From assembly GCA_964404055.1 (NCBI GenBank), contig CAYOIS010000002.1:1-28396 (forward strand): a DNA stretch of 28,396 bases, given 5' to 3'. Every line of letters begins with the position of its first letter. The stretch's first letter is position 1. The notes beneath the pieces are model-generated. The model saw only the letters and a list, made by a program, of their open reading frames with translations, made no database searches and was not told the DNA's origin. The translations under genes were made by a program, and so were the position numbers. This DNA is from an uncultured Anaerolineae bacterium (GTDB lineage Bacteria > Chloroflexota > Anaerolineae > SpSt-600). This document shows positions 26,454 through 28,396 of this stretch, one piece after another.

Positions 26454-27508
26454 GGAAGCGTTTCTTTCAATCGGTTTTAGCGTTTGTGTTACTTTTCTTC
26501 GTCTTGCCCACCAACCTTCTGGTTTGGGCATCCACGGCCCCTCATCTTACCGTAGGTGTGAACTATAAATGGTTGCTCCTCTTGGGCATTTGCTTCCTTC
26601 TAGTTCTCATCTTGGTTGTGCTCTTCTTTAAACCTGAGGGGAAACTCGCTTGGGCCGATGAGCTTTGTTGGGCTGGGGATTTGCGGGGGTTGGATAACTT
26701 TCTCCTTTGGGTTTTGCCGCCAATTTCTCTTGGCCTGGCGCTGGCTGCAATCAGGTGGGAGACGGAAGGAGCCCTTTTCCTTTCGGTGCTGGTGTGGTTC
26801 GGCTTGCTGCTTAACCCCAAGGAAAGACCTCCCAGGAAGCCCATCCCTTTACCTGTTAGGGTTCCGGACGGCGATATTCACAAGTGCTACAGGTGGAAGT
26901 TTAGCGAAAGTTTGCCCCACTCTGCGGAGAAGATCCCCGTGGAGTTCACCCTTGAGCTTGATATAAACAGTGGTAGATATAGGGCATGCAAGGAGGAGCC
27001 GAGGGAACTAAACCCTCTGCGGTGGGACAAATATGTATTGGCCCCTCTGCCTGAGGTTGAGGTTTTGGCGTGGAAAATGGCCGAGCTCCATCGGAAGAGG
27101 GGGTATTGCAGCTACGACCAGGCTGCTAACGTGTTAGCTTTTGTCCAGCAGTGCATTGTGTACACTAAAGACCTCTCGCCCGAGGGAGAAGAAATAGAGT
27201 ATCCCAAGTATCCAATTGAGAGTCTGGTAGAGGAAACTGGTGATTGTGAAGACCATGCTATCTTAGCGGCGGCGGTCTTGAAGAGGATGGGATTTGATGT
27301 AGCGCTTCTTTTCTGTCCTGGCCATGCCGCCCTTGGCGTTGCCGGCGCCGAGGGATTACCAGGCACATATATAGAGGACAGGAGAACCGGAATCAAGTAC
27401 TTCTACGCCGAAACCACAGCTGAGGGGTGGGAAATAGGTGAGCTGCCGCAGGAACTGAGGGACGAGGAGTTCATAATTCTGCCCATAGTCTTGGCTATTG
27501 AGCGGTAA
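26447..27508 (+). CDS. Membrane protein with C-terminal transglutaminase-like cysteine protease domain
   Basis: Four hydrophobic segments, then FVQQCIVY, YPKYPIESL, GDCEDHAIL (Cys), PGHAALGV (His), YFYAETT (acidic residue). Overlaps the upstream gene by 7 nt. Confidence 0.8.
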   Translation: MLRKRFFQSVLAFVLLFFVLPTNLLVWASTAPHLTVGVNYKWLLLLGICFLLVLILVVLFFKPEGKLAWADELCWAGDLRGLDNFLLWVLPPISLGLALAAIRWETEGALFLSVLVWFGLLLNPKERPPRKPIPLPVRVPDGDIHKCYRWKFSESLPHSAEKIPVEFTLELDINSGRYRACKEEPRELNPLRWDKYVLAPLPEVEVLAWKMAELHRKRGYCSYDQAANVLAFVQQCIVYTKDLSPEGEEIEYPKYPIESLVEETGDCEDHAILAAAVLKRMGFDVALLFCPGHAALGVAGAEGLPGTYIEDRRTGIKYFYAETTAEGWEIGELPQELRDEEFIILPIVLAIER

Positions 27509-27653
27509 ACAAGAATTTTGATGGCTCCTGGGCCGCGGTTGGATTAGGAATGGGTAAGTTTCATGAAAGATTCGGTTGGAAGTGTGAATGGTCTTGGAAG
27601 CGCCATCTTTTATTTTAAGGTCGGCGCAGGCCGACCCCAGGCCTAAGGCCCAG

Positions 27654-27673
27654 GTAGGCTGATTTCAATCGGC
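27654..27673. repeat. Short REP-like palindrome, copy 2
   Basis: GTAG-GCTGAT-TTCA-ATCGGC; related to 7110-7125. Confidence 0.45.
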
Positions 27674-27846
27674 ATCAAGCTTGCCCTTTCCAGTGAGATG
27701 GGGTGAAATATAGCCAGCAAGCATTTTTATGTTTGTGCCTGTTGCTTTAGGCCGTAGCTGGCTTCACGGGACATTTCCGGACTATGGAATAGGGAAGTGG
27801 ATGGTAACGCAGGAGAGCGGAGGCTATCTTTATATAAGCCAAGGCC

Positions 27847-28003
27847 AAAATCCGAGGATGAGGTGGGGTCGGTGCACTTTCTGCAAGCCTCGGATTTTTG
27901 GGTGGGCATGCCCCTACTGGTAGGGGATAAGCAGCCTTGGACTGGCACTGGTAGGGCATGGTGGTGGCAAAAATCCGAGCATCTCCCCCACTTTTTGGGG
28001 CAT
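27847..28003 (+). promoter_or_regulatory. CRISPR leader-like sequence, copy C (3'-truncated)
   Basis: Perfect 11-bp inverted repeat AAAATCCGAGG/CCTCGGATTTT (27847-27898). The second unit's left arm is at 27974; its right arm is missing. Confidence 0.65.
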
Positions 28004-28238
28004 GGGGATTGAAACGACAGCTTGTGGGTTGGGGAGTGTCCCGAAAATTGCATAAACAGGACGTAGAAATGAAGAGCATCCCCTTCGGGGGATTAAAATC
28101 ACCTATCCTGGGCTTATCGCAGCTACGTTACGCCTGTGAGCTAAAGAAAATCCCCTTCGGGGGATTGAAATGTTGCTGTCGGTTTGAGCCACATCGTCCA
28201 TCGCTTGGGTAAGTGCATCCCCTCTGGGGGACTGAAAT
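28004..28238 (+). CRISPR. Degenerate CRISPR mini-array: partial repeat plus 3 repeats; spacers of 47, 36 and 31 nt
   Basis: C0 GGGGATTGAAAC 28004-28015; C1 GTAGAAATGAAGAGCATCCCCTTCGGGGGATTAAAAT 28063-28099; C2 GTGAGCTAAAGAAAATCCCCTTCGGGGGATTGAAAT 28136-28171; C3 GCTTGGGTAAGTGCATCCCCTCTGGGGGACTGAAAT 28203-28238. Confidence 0.75.
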
Positions 28239-28263
28239 GTGTGAGCACGAATTTTAGAAGTGG

Positions 28264-28308
28264 CAAGGGCGCAGAGGACGCAAAAACTTCGCGCCCTTGG
28301 TGTTTTTT
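28264..28308 (+). terminator. Putative intrinsic terminator after the mini-array
   Basis: 9-bp stem CAAGGGCGC (28264-28272)/GCGCCCTTG (28291-28299) followed by GTGTTTTTT. Confidence 0.5.
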
Positions 28309-28396
28309 GTGGTTCAAAATCAACTGCTTAAGGGGATTACTGCCGCTGAAAGGGGCAAACGAAAGGGCCAGAGTTTAAGGCTAATCCCAGTGGAAA

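Noticed and set aside
9067-26966. Many alternative-frame and antisense ORFs (e.g. 11209-11811, 12105-12620, 14268-14888, 19007-19453)
   Set aside because: They lie within well-supported genes and show no motifs; treated as shadow ORFs.
8692-27851. Near-equal spacing of the three leaders (9673 and 9486 bp)
   Set aside because: Only two intervals, set by the lengths of unrelated operons; most likely coincidence.
27509-28396. Small toxin gene paired with the mini-array (ORFs 27729-27923, 27797-28012, 27958-28212, 28184-28378)
   Set aside because: They overlap the leader or repeats and show no known features; an RNA toxin cannot be excluded but is unsupported.
1-28396. Transposase, integrase or REP-associated tyrosine transposase explaining the repeats
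   Set aside because: No ORF with DDE, tyrosine/serine recombinase or HUH motifs was seen.

Overview
Bacterial chromosomal window; gene content and repeat style suggest Chloroflexota, which is inference only. The left part (1-8593) is housekeeping or uncharacterised: a retropepsin-like aspartic protease, glpD, an NTPase, two convergent radical SAM paralogues, a membrane protein and an M28 peptidase. The right part is built around three homologous CRISPR-leader-like copies (A ~8690, B ~18360, C ~27850). All three share the same geometry: 44-bp inverted-repeat units starting 123 bp apart. Leader A is followed by one CRISPR repeat, a GC-rich REPIN-like palindrome and a type III-A cas operon. That operon holds cas10 (degenerate HD, intact GGDD), csm2-5, a Card1/Can2-like CARF-nuclease, csx15, a Cam1-like TM-CARF protein and cas6; there is no cas1 or cas2 in the window. 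Leader B is followed by one repeat, a near-identical palindrome and a four-gene non-cas operon. Its genes are a surface vWA receptor with a cytoplasmic FHA-like domain, an FtsZl1/Tubulin_2-type GTPase, a degenerate membrane-anchored tubulin-like paralogue and a membrane transglutaminase-like Cys enzyme. Leader C is followed by a mini-array whose repeats keep the Cas6 hairpin and handle but diverge in their 5' halves. The best candidate for a new system is this tubulin-like/vWA operon and the cas operon both sitting behind leader-repeat cassettes, so their mRNAs could double as Cas6 substrates or pre-crRNAs. The architecture is directly visible; the function is hypothesis.
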